A DNA stretch of 64,000 bases, from positions 384,001-448,000 of the forward strand of contig CAVQKE010000001.1 in assembly GCA_963713045.1 (NCBI GenBank), read 5' to 3'. The notes under the pieces were generated by a model. That model was not told the DNA's origin and ran no database searches. It was given only the letters and a program-made list of their open reading frames with translations. Source of the DNA: an uncultured delta proteobacterium (GTDB lineage: Bacteria; Myxococcota; Myxococcia; Myxococcales; Myxococcaceae). Position numbers and translations under genes: made by a program. Below are positions 37,906 through 47,816 of the stretch, piece by piece. Position 1 is the stretch's first letter. Every line of letters starts with the position of its first letter.

Positions 37906-39210
37906 CTACTTCCCTGGCGTGTTGGTGTACGGGAACGTCGCCGGGCCGGGGTTGGCGTAGAAGCAGACGGATGTCCCATTGGTGCCGTCGTTGTCCTTGG
38001 CGGCACCACCGCAGCCGAGGAAGAGGTCCATGTACGCCGTGCCAGCCAAGCTGCCGCAGCCATAGGCGTCCAACACGGCAAAGGCACAGTTGCCGGCCAG
38101 CGTGCCGCAGGAACCTGTGGCGGTCGTGCCGTCGGACGGTGCCGTCACTTGGCTGCAGGCGCCACCGTCGGAGGGGCAGCTGACGCACGCCGTGTAATTC
38201 CCGGGGGGGGCAGTGGGGTCACAGCTGTCCCCATTCGTCATGTCCACGGTGCAGGCCACCGGCGGGGCGGTGATGGTGGCGACGGTGTTGTCGCAGACGC
38301 TGTTGGCTGGGGCACTGGCGGAGGGCGCTACGGCATTGACGCAGCTGTCCTCGCCGGCCCCACCCACCAAGCAGGGGGTGGTTGGGGTCACGTTGACGTT
38401 GGCCGGTGGGTAGGTGAGGTCCAGGGAGACGATGCTGGGGCCGCCGTCCGAGCCGCTGCAGGCGTAGTTGAAGCCTGGCAGTAGTCCCGAGCCGATGGCG
38501 CGCGGGGGGTTGAGGCTCGGCTGAGCATTCGGGTTGCAGTCGTTGTCCACATTGCACAGGGCGATGGGCCACATGCCGATGCCAACGTAGGTGCGGGTGC
38601 AGGTGCCCCGGGTGATTTGCGCGTCGATTTGGAGTTGCGTGCCCTCGCCTGCATACGGGTCGTTGTACACCAGCACCTTGGGGAAGCTGTAGGTCACCAG
38701 CTCGCCGTTGATGAGTTGGCTACCGGCATCCATCTGGTTGATGGTGCATTCCCCGTTGGTGTCCTGCCGGTAGGTCGCGAACTGTCCGTAGATGATGGGG
38801 AAACCACCGAGGGGGTCTCCCGGAGAGATTGGGCTGCCCTGGATGTAGGTCTGCAAGTAGGGCTGCGTCCAACCGAATTCCTCCGGCATCATGCCGGTGA
38901 TGTAAGTGCCGCCGTTGGCGATGGTTGGGTCGACGGCCGGCGAACCACCGTAGGCTTCGGTCCATAGGACGCTTGAGAAGTCGGCGCCTGCACCCTGCGC
39001 GGTGCAGTCCCCGACGTCCAAGCCGGGGCTGTAATAGTAGTGGACCGCGAAGCCGAAGCCGGCCAGAGCTGCCGACGGCCCTTGCGCCGTCCGGGCGATG
39101 GTGCAGATGGAGGGTGGGTTACTAGGGCACCCGCTGAAGAGGAGCGCGGCGCCGCCGGTGAGGAGCGACAGAGCGATGACTTTCCGTGTTCTCATGGGTC
39201 GGGTTTCCAT
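37906..39210 (-). CDS. Cys-rich lipoprotein, MlpA-like partner of Oar
   Basis: Lipobox LFSGC; 21 Cys; 1 bp after the oar stop, same order as M. xanthus oar-mlpA; start 39210 or 39195. Confidence 0.7.
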   Translation of the reverse strand: METRPMRTRKVIALSLLTGGAALLFSGCPSNPPSICTIARTAQGPSAALAGFGFAVHYYYSPGLDVGDCTAQGAGADFSSVLWTEAYGGSPAVDPTIANGGTYITGMMPEEFGWTQPYLQTYIQGSPISPGDPLGGFPIIYGQFATYRQDTNGECTINQMDAGSQLINGELVTYSFPKVLVYNDPYAGEGTQLQIDAQITRGTCTRTYVGIGMWPIALCNVDNDCNPNAQPSLNPPRAIGSGLLPGFNYACSGSDGGPSIVSLDLTYPPANVNVTPTTPCLVGGAGEDSCVNAVAPSASAPANSVCDNTVATITAPPVACTVDMTNGDSCDPTAPPGNYTACVSCPSDGGACSQVTAPSDGTTATGSCGTLAGNCAFAVLDAYGCGSLAGTAYMDLFLGCGGAAKDNDGTNGTSVCFYANPGPATFPYTNTPGK

Positions 39211-39211
39211 T

Positions 39212-42200
39212 TCAGAAGGTGAACCGGGCTAGGAAGCGGAAGGTCCGCGCCGCTTGGTACTGCGTGGCGTGCCCGAAGTTGGGGTTCAACGGCTGCGGGT
39301 TGGGGTACGCCTGGCCCGTGGCCGGGTTGACCAGAGGGTTGGCCTTCAACTGTGCGGGCGTCGCGCCGACTTCCGCTTTCACGGGGGTGTTGGTCGGGAA
39401 CACCCAGGACTGGTCGACCTGTATTGGTGACTGGAGTCCCAGAATGTTGAAGACGTCCAACCCGACGCTGAGCTTCATGTCTCCGCCGAGGCCGATGTCC
39501 ACCGTGGCATGGATGTCCAAGTCGTTGACCCACGGCAGCCGCCCGTAGGTGCCGCGCGGGATGAGGTACACGGCGTCGGCGCCGTACAGAAGGTCACCGC
39601 CCAAAGCCGAGATGGGAGCGCCGGAGTGGCCGAGGTAGGCCAGGCCCAGGGTCAACCCGACGGTTGGGGCAAAGACGAATTGGTAGGACCCAAACGCTTT
39701 GATGGAGTTCTGGGTGTCCGCCTGCAGAGGCCCAAAGGCGTTCACCAGGAACTGCGGCAAGTCATAGGCCGCGGTGATGTTCGGGTCGAGTTGTCCCTGG
39801 TAGTTCGCGCTGAACAGACCGTCGTAGTTTCCGTTGAGGGAAATGTACGTGTAGCTGACTTGCGCCTGCCAGTGGTCGGCGAACGTCTTGGTCAACGACA
39901 CCGTGTAGCCGTTGTAGATGCGTGCCGGCTGCACGAAGTTGCTGGCGATGCCAAAGCCAGGGTTACCGAGGAGGTAACTGGAGGCGGAGTTTTGGCTGAA
40001 GTCCTCAATCAACCGCGACAGGCCACGGTGGGTGTAATTCACTCCCAGTCGGGCGTTGGGGAAGATTTCGTACTCGGCGCCAATCTGAATTTCATCCGAT
40101 TTGTCCGGGACGATGTTCGGGTCGATTTGCACGCCAGGAGGGGCGCCAATTGCAAACCAGTACTGGTTGGGACCGGCGCCCAGGCCTAGCCCACCGCCAA
40201 CGCCGCTTCCGCCGCCCGGAAAGTTCCCGGCTGCGTTGGGGCACCGCTGTCCGGTGACCGCCGGGTTGTTGCAGTTGTAGTGGTAGGCCGAGAGGGTTTC
40301 GTTGCCGGAGATGTCACGGTCCACCAGGTCGAGGGGAACCTGCTCATAGTAGAAGGCGTAGCTGGCGTAGATTTTCGACTTGCCTTGGTACGTCGGGTCC
40401 CAAATGACGCCGACGCGAGGAGACCACTGGTTGTTGAGGGCCAGGGCCAGCGCACCGGTGGTGTCGTAGAAGTACTGGTTGTCGTCGCGGACGCCGATGT
40501 TGACCGTCACCTTGTCCATGATGTTCCAGCTGTCCTGCAGGAAGTAGCCGGGCATCAAAGCGTAGGAAATCTGGTTCTGCACCGGGACGTAGACTGGGTT
40601 GTCCGGGCTGACCAGGTAGCCCTGGGCGCGGTAGTCGAGGAAGGCTGCAGCAGTGGAGTTCTGCGGGGAGCCGCCGTAGGCAAAGTAGATGTCCGTCCCG
40701 ACATCGCCAATCTTGTTGTTGTAGCTGAACCATTCGACATCGGCGCCGGCCTTCCATGTCTGGTGACCCAAGGCATTCAGGAAGTAGGTCAACACCAACT
40801 TGCCTTGAACCCGCTCCTCGGTGACTTCCCGGGGAACGCCGCCGGGGCCGCCACCGCCCTGGGAATAGCCGCCGACCGAGCACGCCGTGGCGCCATTCGG
40901 ACCGTTGCAGACAGCCTGCAGCGCGGTGCTGTTGCTGGCCGGGTCGTTCGGGAAGTTCTGGGTGAGGTTGTAGCTGCCTGTCCAGATGACGTCCGGGATG
41001 GTGACGTCACCCGTCGTCTGGCCCAAGGTCGAGCCGTCGATGGGGAGCTGGTTGTTGCTCTGGTGGTGGTAGCCCAACGTCACGTCCAACAGCAGCTTCT
41101 TCTCCATGAAGGACGAATTCAGTCGCAGCACCATGTCGAGGGTTTGGTCGACGCCCGAAAAGCTGCTGGAGGTGTAGTCGCCGTTGGGGCCGTTTCCGTA
41201 CGGGGTGACGTAGCTGTCCGGCGTGCCGGCGATGCTGAAGCTGAGGCGGTTGTCGGAGTTGATGAGCCAGGTCAACTTGCCGAGGTACGAATAGTTGGTT
41301 TGCGTCTGGTAGTAGTTGCGCGTGGCACTGGGGACGTTCGTTTCCTGGAAGCCGCCACCCTGAATCGGAATGGGGTTGCCGTTCGCGTCCAGGTCGTAGG
41401 GGCTCACCGTTCGCTGGAGCTCCGTCTTGTACTGTGACGGGTTGAAGCCGACGAAGAACCACAACTTGTCCTTGACGATGTAGCCGCCCAAGGTGAAGCC
41501 GATGTCCCAGGCGTTGGAGAGTTTGGTCGACTGGTTGATGATGCTGGTGGCGCTGGTGATGGTCTTCGACTGCTGCGCCAGCGCGCCTGGCGTCCAGGTG
41601 CCGAACACCGACCCGTGGAATTCATTGCCGCCGCTCTTGGTGGTCAGCGACAGGATGCCGCCGGTGCTCCGGCCGTACTCCGGCAGGTAGCCGCCGGTGA
41701 TGACGTTCAACTGGTCGATGAATTCCACCGAGAAGTCGCTGCCGCCGCCGGTGGTTCCCGTCATCGGCCCTTTGTTGCTGACGCCGTAGCCGGTGTCGCC
41801 GAAGTTCAAACCGTCGATGAGGTAGCCGTTCTCAGGAGAGGTGGTGCCGGCGATGGACACGCCGTAGAGGTCACCGTTGACCTGTGGGGCGGCCAGGGCC
41901 AAGCCCTGGTAGCTGCGGACACCTTGGTTGCCGACGTTGGCCGGGCTGACCGGGATGTTTTGAGAGAAGGTGCTGGTGATGGTCAGGCCGGACTGCGTCG
42001 AACCGACGTCGATGACTGGCGTCTTTCCGACGACCACCACCTGCTCACCCACCAAGGACTCGGGAAGCAGCTGGATGTTGACCCGCAGCAGCTGGTCGGC
42101 GTTGAGCTGGATGTCGCCTCGAGAATAGGGCTTGTACGTTTCCTTCTCGAACCGGAGGGAATAAATGCCCGGTGTCAATTGTGGAATGTGGTACGTGCCC

Positions 42201-42418
42201 GTCGAGTCCGTGACGGCCACCTGCTCGCCTTGCAACTGAGGCGAAGTCGCCGTGACGACCACATCTGCAATGGGCGCATTGGTGGATGCATCAACCACCG
42301 TTCCGGTCAACGTACCGACACCCTGCCCCTGCGCTCGTACCTGGCCGGCCACGAGCAACCCGAGAAGCGCAAGCGCATAGCTTGCGCCTCTCCCAACAAA
42401 CTCCCTTTTTGGACTCAC
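39212..42418 (-). CDS. oar: Oar-type TonB-dependent outer membrane transporter
   Basis: Signal peptide, CarboxypepD_reg-like N domain, ENGYLIDG, TGGYLPEYGRSTGG, TKSGGNEFHG, terminal RFTF; divergent from tonB-exbB-exbD-exbD. Confidence 0.88.
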   Translation of the reverse strand: MSPKREFVGRGASYALALLGLLVAGQVRAQGQGVGTLTGTVVDASTNAPIADVVVTATSPQLQGEQVAVTDSTGTYHIPQLTPGIYSLRFEKETYKPYSRGDIQLNADQLLRVNIQLLPESLVGEQVVVVGKTPVIDVGSTQSGLTITSTFSQNIPVSPANVGNQGVRSYQGLALAAPQVNGDLYGVSIAGTTSPENGYLIDGLNFGDTGYGVSNKGPMTGTTGGGSDFSVEFIDQLNVITGGYLPEYGRSTGGILSLTTKSGGNEFHGSVFGTWTPGALAQQSKTITSATSIINQSTKLSNAWDIGFTLGGYIVKDKLWFFVGFNPSQYKTELQRTVSPYDLDANGNPIPIQGGGFQETNVPSATRNYYQTQTNYSYLGKLTWLINSDNRLSFSIAGTPDSYVTPYGNGPNGDYTSSSFSGVDQTLDMVLRLNSSFMEKKLLLDVTLGYHHQSNNQLPIDGSTLGQTTGDVTIPDVIWTGSYNLTQNFPNDPASNSTALQAVCNGPNGATACSVGGYSQGGGGPGGVPREVTEERVQGKLVLTYFLNALGHQTWKAGADVEWFSYNNKIGDVGTDIYFAYGGSPQNSTAAAFLDYRAQGYLVSPDNPVYVPVQNQISYALMPGYFLQDSWNIMDKVTVNIGVRDDNQYFYDTTGALALALNNQWSPRVGVIWDPTYQGKSKIYASYAFYYEQVPLDLVDRDISGNETLSAYHYNCNNPAVTGQRCPNAAGNFPGGGSGVGGGLGLGAGPNQYWFAIGAPPGVQIDPNIVPDKSDEIQIGAEYEIFPNARLGVNYTHRGLSRLIEDFSQNSASSYLLGNPGFGIASNFVQPARIYNGYTVSLTKTFADHWQAQVSYTYISLNGNYDGLFSANYQGQLDPNITAAYDLPQFLVNAFGPLQADTQNSIKAFGSYQFVFAPTVGLTLGLAYLGHSGAPISALGGDLLYGADAVYLIPRGTYGRLPWVNDLDIHATVDIGLGGDMKLSVGLDVFNILGLQSPIQVDQSWVFPTNTPVKAEVGATPAQLKANPLVNPATGQAYPNPQPLNPNFGHATQYQAARTFRFLARFTF

Positions 42419-42462
42419 CGAACCCCTCCAAGTGTGGTCGAAAAGCGGGAAAGCGAAGCGCG

Positions 42463-42492
42463 AGGATGGTCGGGCGTGCGGGGGGCTGTCAA
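42463..42492 (-). promoter_or_regulatory. Possible sigma70 promoter for oar
   Basis: Perfect TTGACA, 18 nt, weak -10 CATCCT. Confidence 0.35.
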
Positions 42493-42693
42493 TAGAAGTT
42501 TGCAGATGGCCTGTGATTTCTGTCCCAGAAGTGCCGCCCGGATGGCACCAGTCCGTCAGCCGGGGGTGACGCCACCCCCGATGGAAGGACTTGTGTGCAG
42601 CCGCCCTTCTGAGGTACCCGGGGCAGTGTTGCGAACGGTTTGCGACTTGGGCGGCGTGTTGGATCAGTCCAAACGGTAGGGAGAGTCCGGTCG

Positions 42694-43395
42694 ATGTTTG
42701 ATTCTGTTTTGGGCCACGGCACGGTTGCGAAATCCCGCTTCGGTACGGGTGCGGTTGTTTCCGTGTTGCTGCACGTCGCGGTGCTGGGCCTCGCCATTTA
42801 CTTGAGTACCCGGCCCGCGCGCAGCCAAGAGAAGGACATCGCGGTGGTGCTGAAGGTGGCTCCGCCGCCGCCGCCGCCGCCCCCGCCGCCCGCGGCGACG
42901 CACCACGAAAAGCACACCGTCAAGAAGAACCAATTCGTCCAGCCGAAAGAGATTCCCACCGAGAAGCCGCCGGAAGCCGAGCCTGCGAAAGAAGAAGAGG
43001 AGGCCGGCGTCGAGGGCGGCGTCGAAGGGGGCGTCAAAGGCGGCGTGGTGGGCGGGGTCCTGGGCGGCACCTTGGGTGGGACCGGCACCGGCACCGTCGC
43101 CTTCGGCGAGGGCATGACGCGCCCGGTGCTGCAGTCGGGGCCCGGCGGCACCAACGCGCCTCAGTACACGCGCGAGGCCCGGGAGGCCGGCAGCGAAGGC
43201 TTGATGATTGTGAAGTGCACCATCACCGTCGAAGGCACCGTCACCAACTGTCAAATCATCAAGCCGGTTCCGCACATGGAGGCCGCCGTGCTCCAGTGGC
43301 TGGCGGGCGCCAAGTACAGTCCGGTGACTTTCCAGGGTCGCCCGCAGCAGGTGAGTTACGTCTTCAACTACCGCTTCAAGCTCGACACCCCATGA
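42694..43395 (+). CDS. tonB: Energy transducer TonB
   Basis: TM with SVLLH, poly-Pro, GVEGGV repeats, C domain YTREAR..EG. Confidence 0.92.
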   Translation: MFDSVLGHGTVAKSRFGTGAVVSVLLHVAVLGLAIYLSTRPARSQEKDIAVVLKVAPPPPPPPPPPAATHHEKHTVKKNQFVQPKEIPTEKPPEAEPAKEEEEAGVEGGVEGGVKGGVVGGVLGGTLGGTGTGTVAFGEGMTRPVLQSGPGGTNAPQYTREAREAGSEGLMIVKCTITVEGTVTNCQIIKPVPHMEAAVLQWLAGAKYSPVTFQGRPQQVSYVFNYRFKLDTP

Positions 43396-43482
43396 CGAGC
43401 GCACCCCAGGCACCTTCGGGGAGCAACGACACATTTCAAGAAGCACATTTCTCCAGCGCAGACGGAGGCGCTTCCTAAACCC

Positions 43483-44172
43483 ATGCAATTCACAATCACC
43501 GACCTCTACGCCCACATGGGCCTCTTCGCTCGGCTCATCGTCTTCGTTCTGGGCATCATGTCCGTGCTCTCGCTGGTGGTGATGGCGGAGCGCCTGGTGG
43601 TGTTCAACCGCTCGCGCAGCGAATCGCGCAACTTCGCCGAGCGGATGGCCGCCGTCCTGTCCAAGGGTGACTTGATGGCCGCCGCCAATGCCAAGATGGG
43701 CGACAAAGTCGGCCACCTCGGCCGGGTCATCGGCGCCGGTTTGAATGCCCTCAAATTTGCGCCCGGCCAGGACAAGGACCTGTTGGTCGAATCCGTCGCC
43801 AGGGCGCTCGAGCGACAGGCCCAGCGCGAAGTGCAAAGCTTGAAGCGCGGACTCGGGCTGTTGGCCACCGTCGGCTCGACCGCTCCCTTCGTCGGCCTCC
43901 TCGGAACGGTGATGGGAATTGTGTCTGCCTTTCAGTCGATGGCCATCACCGGGTCCGGTGGCCTCGGGACGGTGTCCGCCGGCATCGCCGAGGCCCTCAT
44001 CACCACCGCCTTCGGCCTCCTGGTCGCCATCCCCGCGGTGATGGCCTACAACTACCTGCAGGGCTGGGTCGACGCCCGCGCGGTGGACATCAGCGAGTCC
44101 TCCAACGAATTCCTCGACGTGGTGGCCAAACAGCTGGGCGGCCACGCCTATGTTCCGGGGACTCCGCAGTAG
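43483..44172 (+). CDS. exbB: ExbB/TolQ/MotA proton channel
   Basis: LATVGSTAPFVGLLGTVMGI, GIAEALITTAFGL.VAIPA. Confidence 0.93.
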   Translation: MQFTITDLYAHMGLFARLIVFVLGIMSVLSLVVMAERLVVFNRSRSESRNFAERMAAVLSKGDLMAAANAKMGDKVGHLGRVIGAGLNALKFAPGQDKDLLVESVARALERQAQREVQSLKRGLGLLATVGSTAPFVGLLGTVMGIVSAFQSMAITGSGGLGTVSAGIAEALITTAFGLLVAIPAVMAYNYLQGWVDARAVDISESSNEFLDVVAKQLGGHAYVPGTPQ

Positions 44173-44233
44173 CGGTTCCATCAGCAGTCCGGCCACGGTG
44201 CCGGACCTTTGGCAACACTTGAGGTGAGACGCC

Positions 44234-44646
<413 letters not shown>

Positions 44647-44650
<4 letters not shown>

Positions 44651-45198
44651 GCCTCGGACTCGGAAAGCACCTCGCCAAAAAGCGAAAATTCTCCATCAGC
44701 GAGGGCCGACCCAATTCCGACATCAACGTCACCCCGCTGGTGGACGTGGTGCTGGTGCTGCTCATCATCTTTATGGTGGTGACGCCGCTCCTCGAAAAGG
44801 ACATCCAAGTGCGCGTCCCGGACGAGGAGTCCGAGACCGTCCCGGAGCCGGACCCCAGTCAAATTGTGGTCAGCATCGAAGAGTCGGGCACCATCAAGCT
44901 CAACTCGGAGGCGGTGGACGACGCGGCCTATGTGGAGCGGATGAAGCGCGTGCTGGCTGCCAAGGCTCCCGACGAGAAGCTGGTCTTCTTCATCCCCGAG
45001 GAGAAGGCCAACTATGGCCGGGTGGTGTTTGCCCTGGACGGCGCCCGCGCTGCCGGCGCCAAAATTCTCGGCGTCATCACCGAGCCGGTGGTGGGCATCG
45101 TGACGCCTGGAGAGGTGCCTGCCGGCGCCCCGCCCGGCGGCCCTGCGCCCGCCGCCCCTGCAGCTCCGCCAGCGCCGCCCGCAGCAGCGCCGAAGTAG
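44647..45198 (+). CDS. exbD: ExbD/TolR, second copy
   Basis: INVTPLVDVVLVLLIIFMV; Pro/Ala tail; GTGA coupling. Confidence 0.92.
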
Positions 45199-45201
45199 TC
45201 T

Positions 45202-46734
45202 TTAGGGCCGCGGCGCCGGCGCCGTTTGTGCCGAAGGCGTGGCCGGCGCAGCGTTGGGTTGACCGCATGTCTTGGCAAAGCTTGCCAGGCGCGCGGTGTA
45301 CTCCGCCCGCGCGGCGGGCGTGGAACGCTCCGGGAGCAGTTCAACCGCCAAGGCCTGGGTGTTGACTGCCTCGCTGCAGCGCCCGACGGCAGCCAGCGCC
45401 AGGGCCAGCGTATAGAGGTAGGCGGAGTTCCAGGGCGCCATCCGGGCCGCAGCCAGGGCCAGGGGAAGGACGGCCTCGGCGTGGCCCGCTCTCAGGGTCA
45501 GCCAGGCCAAGGCGTAGAAGGCCTCCGGGTTGTCCGGCAGCAGCTGGGTGGCCTTCTTGAGGGCCAGCGAGCGCTCCTCCAGCGTCTGCGGAGTGTCGGG
45601 CAAAGTCTGCGCGAGCAGCAGCCACGCGAGCCCGTCCTCCGGGTGACTGGCGGTGGCCCGTCGCCCGAGGGCCACCCGCTCGGCGGGCGGGACCAGAGAC
45701 ACCTTCATCCGCAGGGCGCGGACGTTGGTCGGGTCTTCAGCCAACGCGCTCGCAAGGTCTGCCAGCGCCTTGGCCCGCTGGCCCTCAGCATCCCCCAACG
45801 CCACGCTGGCACTGAGGGCCATTTCAGCCCGCGTGGCGTGCACCTCAGCCGATGTCATGGGCCGCTCCTTCAGCGTCCCGGCCACCTCGGGCAGCTCGAC
45901 GCTGACGTTGCGGTACTCGCCGTAGTGGGCGAACTGCTGCAGCTGCGCGTCGACATCACCCAAGCCGGAGAAGGTGGCCTTGTAGGCCTTGTCCGGGTCA
46001 ATCCCCTTCACCAGCAGCGTCTGGTAGCGCGCAAATTCCTCGGGGTGGGTGTTGTACAGCCAGTGGACGAGGAGCCAACTCAATCCATACAGGCCCCAGG
46101 TGGTGGCCTCATCCTGCGCGTTCAGCTTGCCGCCCCAGGCCAGGGCGTCGGCCACCGTCAGCGTCCGGTGGGTGTTGTACAGCCTCAACGCCTGCAGGTT
46201 GATGTCGCCCAGCGTCGCCGTCTTTCCATCCGGAGACAGCCGCATCGTTTCTAGGAATTGGGCCAGCCCTTCGGAAAACCACTTCGGCTGCCGGCGGTAG
46301 ACATAGGCCGCCAGGTGGTGAGTCAGCTCATGCTTGAGGACGGAGGTGGTTTCTTCCAGGGCCAGCGTCTCGCGGTGCTCCCAGCTTTCTGGAGCGCCGT
46401 AGAGGTAGGCGGTGGGCGGATAGACCCGGTCGACAAAGAGGCCGCCGATGCGGCCCCCGAAGTACCCTTCGAAGTCCTGGTGGTTGGAAAGCACCACCAC
46501 GTCAATGCGCTCGGGTTGCATCAGCTGTAGCCCCGGCCAGGCGGCCACCAGGAGGGCCGCCCGCGTGCGCTCCACGGCCAGCGCTGCGCGCCGCGCGTCC
46601 TGCAGGCGGAGGTCCGTCCGCAGGGTGACGTGGGCGGTCTGCACCTCGGTCCAGCCGGTGGGCGCCTCCGCGGCTTCGGTGGCGGCACTGCCGAGGACCA
46701 GCAGAAAAGCAAGAAGGGGAGCCCGGGGCGTCAA
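45202..46734 (-). CDS. Secreted HExxH (DUF1570-like) + TPR protein
   Basis: Signal peptide; KHELTHH, PKWFSEGLA; C-terminal TPRs; TTG start overlapping upstream stop. Confidence 0.75.
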   Translation of the reverse strand: MTPRAPLLAFLLVLGSAATEAAEAPTGWTEVQTAHVTLRTDLRLQDARRAALAVERTRAALLVAAWPGLQLMQPERIDVVVLSNHQDFEGYFGGRIGGLFVDRVYPPTAYLYGAPESWEHRETLALEETTSVLKHELTHHLAAYVYRRQPKWFSEGLAQFLETMRLSPDGKTATLGDINLQALRLYNTHRTLTVADALAWGGKLNAQDEATTWGLYGLSWLLVHWLYNTHPEEFARYQTLLVKGIDPDKAYKATFSGLGDVDAQLQQFAHYGEYRNVSVELPEVAGTLKERPMTSAEVHATRAEMALSASVALGDAEGQRAKALADLASALAEDPTNVRALRMKVSLVPPAERVALGRRATASHPEDGLAWLLLAQTLPDTPQTLEERSLALKKATQLLPDNPEAFYALAWLTLRAGHAEAVLPLALAAARMAPWNSAYLYTLALALAAVGRCSEAVNTQALAVELLPERSTPAARAEYTARLASFAKTCGQPNAAPATPSAQTAPAPRP

Positions 46735-47189
46735 AAGAGGCGCACCAGTGCCGCGCCGGCGACAATGAAGAGCACACCGAGAATGCGTGCGGCGTTGATG
46801 GGGTGGTGCACCGTGCCCAGCCAGCCGAAGTGTTCCAGAAGCAGCGCCGCGCACAGCTGCCCCATCACCACCGCCGCCAGCAGCGGCCCTGGGCCCATCC
46901 GGGGTGCGATGACGACGGTGCCCAGCACATACAGCGCGCCCATCAGCCCTCCGCCCCACGCCCAGAGGGGTGCCTGGCCCAGACGAGGCCCAGGCCAAGG
47001 CCCGCGCGAGCAGGCAAGGACGACGGCCAAGGCCAGCGTGCCCACCGCGAAGGAGACGAGCGAGGCTCCGACCGGCCCGGCGGCAGCCGGGCGCAGGCGG
47101 GTATTCATCGCCACTTGAAGGGCAAGGCCGGCCCCCAACAGGGCGGACGCAAACAAGAGGCCTGGGTTCAGACGGGTGTCCCCCCTCAT
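46731..47189 (-). CDS. DMT family transporter (YdcZ-like)
   Basis: LQVAMN, SFAVG, WAWGGGLMGA, GQL....LEHFG. Confidence 0.88.
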   Translation of the reverse strand: MRGDTRLNPGLLFASALLGAGLALQVAMNTRLRPAAAGPVGASLVSFAVGTLALAVVLACSRGPWPGPRLGQAPLWAWGGGLMGALYVLGTVVIAPRMGPGPLLAAVVMGQLCAALLLEHFGWLGTVHHPINAARILGVLFIVAGAALVRLF

Positions 47190-47206
47190 CCAGCAAGTCG
47201 CTGGCG

Positions 47207-47794
47207 TCAGCTGTTGGCTTTGTACTTCACCGAGCAGCCGTAGGGCGCCGATGTCGTCACCGGGACGGTTTGGCCGCTGAGGACGGCGTCCACTGCTTGG
47301 CGCACGTAGTTGATGGCCGAGGGGTTTCGCCCGTGTGGGTCGTCATCCACCGCGCCCGCGTAGCGCAGCGTCCCTTGGGCATCCACCACAAACATGTGCG
47401 GCGTCGTCTTGGCCCCATAGGCATGGCCCACCGTGCCACTTTCGTCTTGCAACACCGGGGGCAAAAAGCCCTGCTGCTGCTTCCAGGCGGCGGACTTCTC
47501 CGGGGTGTTGAAGTGGCTGGAGTCGATGACCAGCCACACCACCGGCTTTCCGGCAAAGGTGGCCAGCGTCTTCTGCATGGTTTTGTCGGCGTAGTGCCGC
47601 TGGACGAAGGGGCACTCCGGGTTGGTCCACTCCAGCACCACCACCTTGCCGCGGTACTGATGAAGGGCGTGGGGCACGCCCGTCTCGTCGCGAAGGGTGA
47701 AGTCTGGAGCGCTCTGCCCGACTTCGGCGGCCGAGGCGGAAAAGGCCAGATGGAGTGAGGCGAGGGACAGAAGGGCAAGCAGGTGACGCTTCAT
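47207..47794 (-). CDS. Exported thioredoxin-fold redoxin (AhpC/TSA-like)
   Basis: Signal peptide; APDFTL, EWTNPECPFV, TTPHMFV, YGCSVKY. Confidence 0.88.
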   Translation of the reverse strand: MKRHLLALLSLASLHLAFSASAAEVGQSAPDFTLRDETGVPHALHQYRGKVVVLEWTNPECPFVQRHYADKTMQKTLATFAGKPVVWLVIDSSHFNTPEKSAAWKQQQGFLPPVLQDESGTVGHAYGAKTTPHMFVVDAQGTLRYAGAVDDDPHGRNPSAINYVRQAVDAVLSGQTVPVTTSAPYGCSVKYKANS

Positions 47795-47816
47795 AGGGGC
47801 ACATTCCCCAAACGGG

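Noticed and set aside
36253..39210. Radical SAM next to a Cys-rich protein as a RiPP (sacti/ranthipeptide) cluster
   Set aside because: The Cys-rich protein is a 434-aa lipoprotein, a terminator separates the genes, and no SPASM/RRE domain or short precursor is evident
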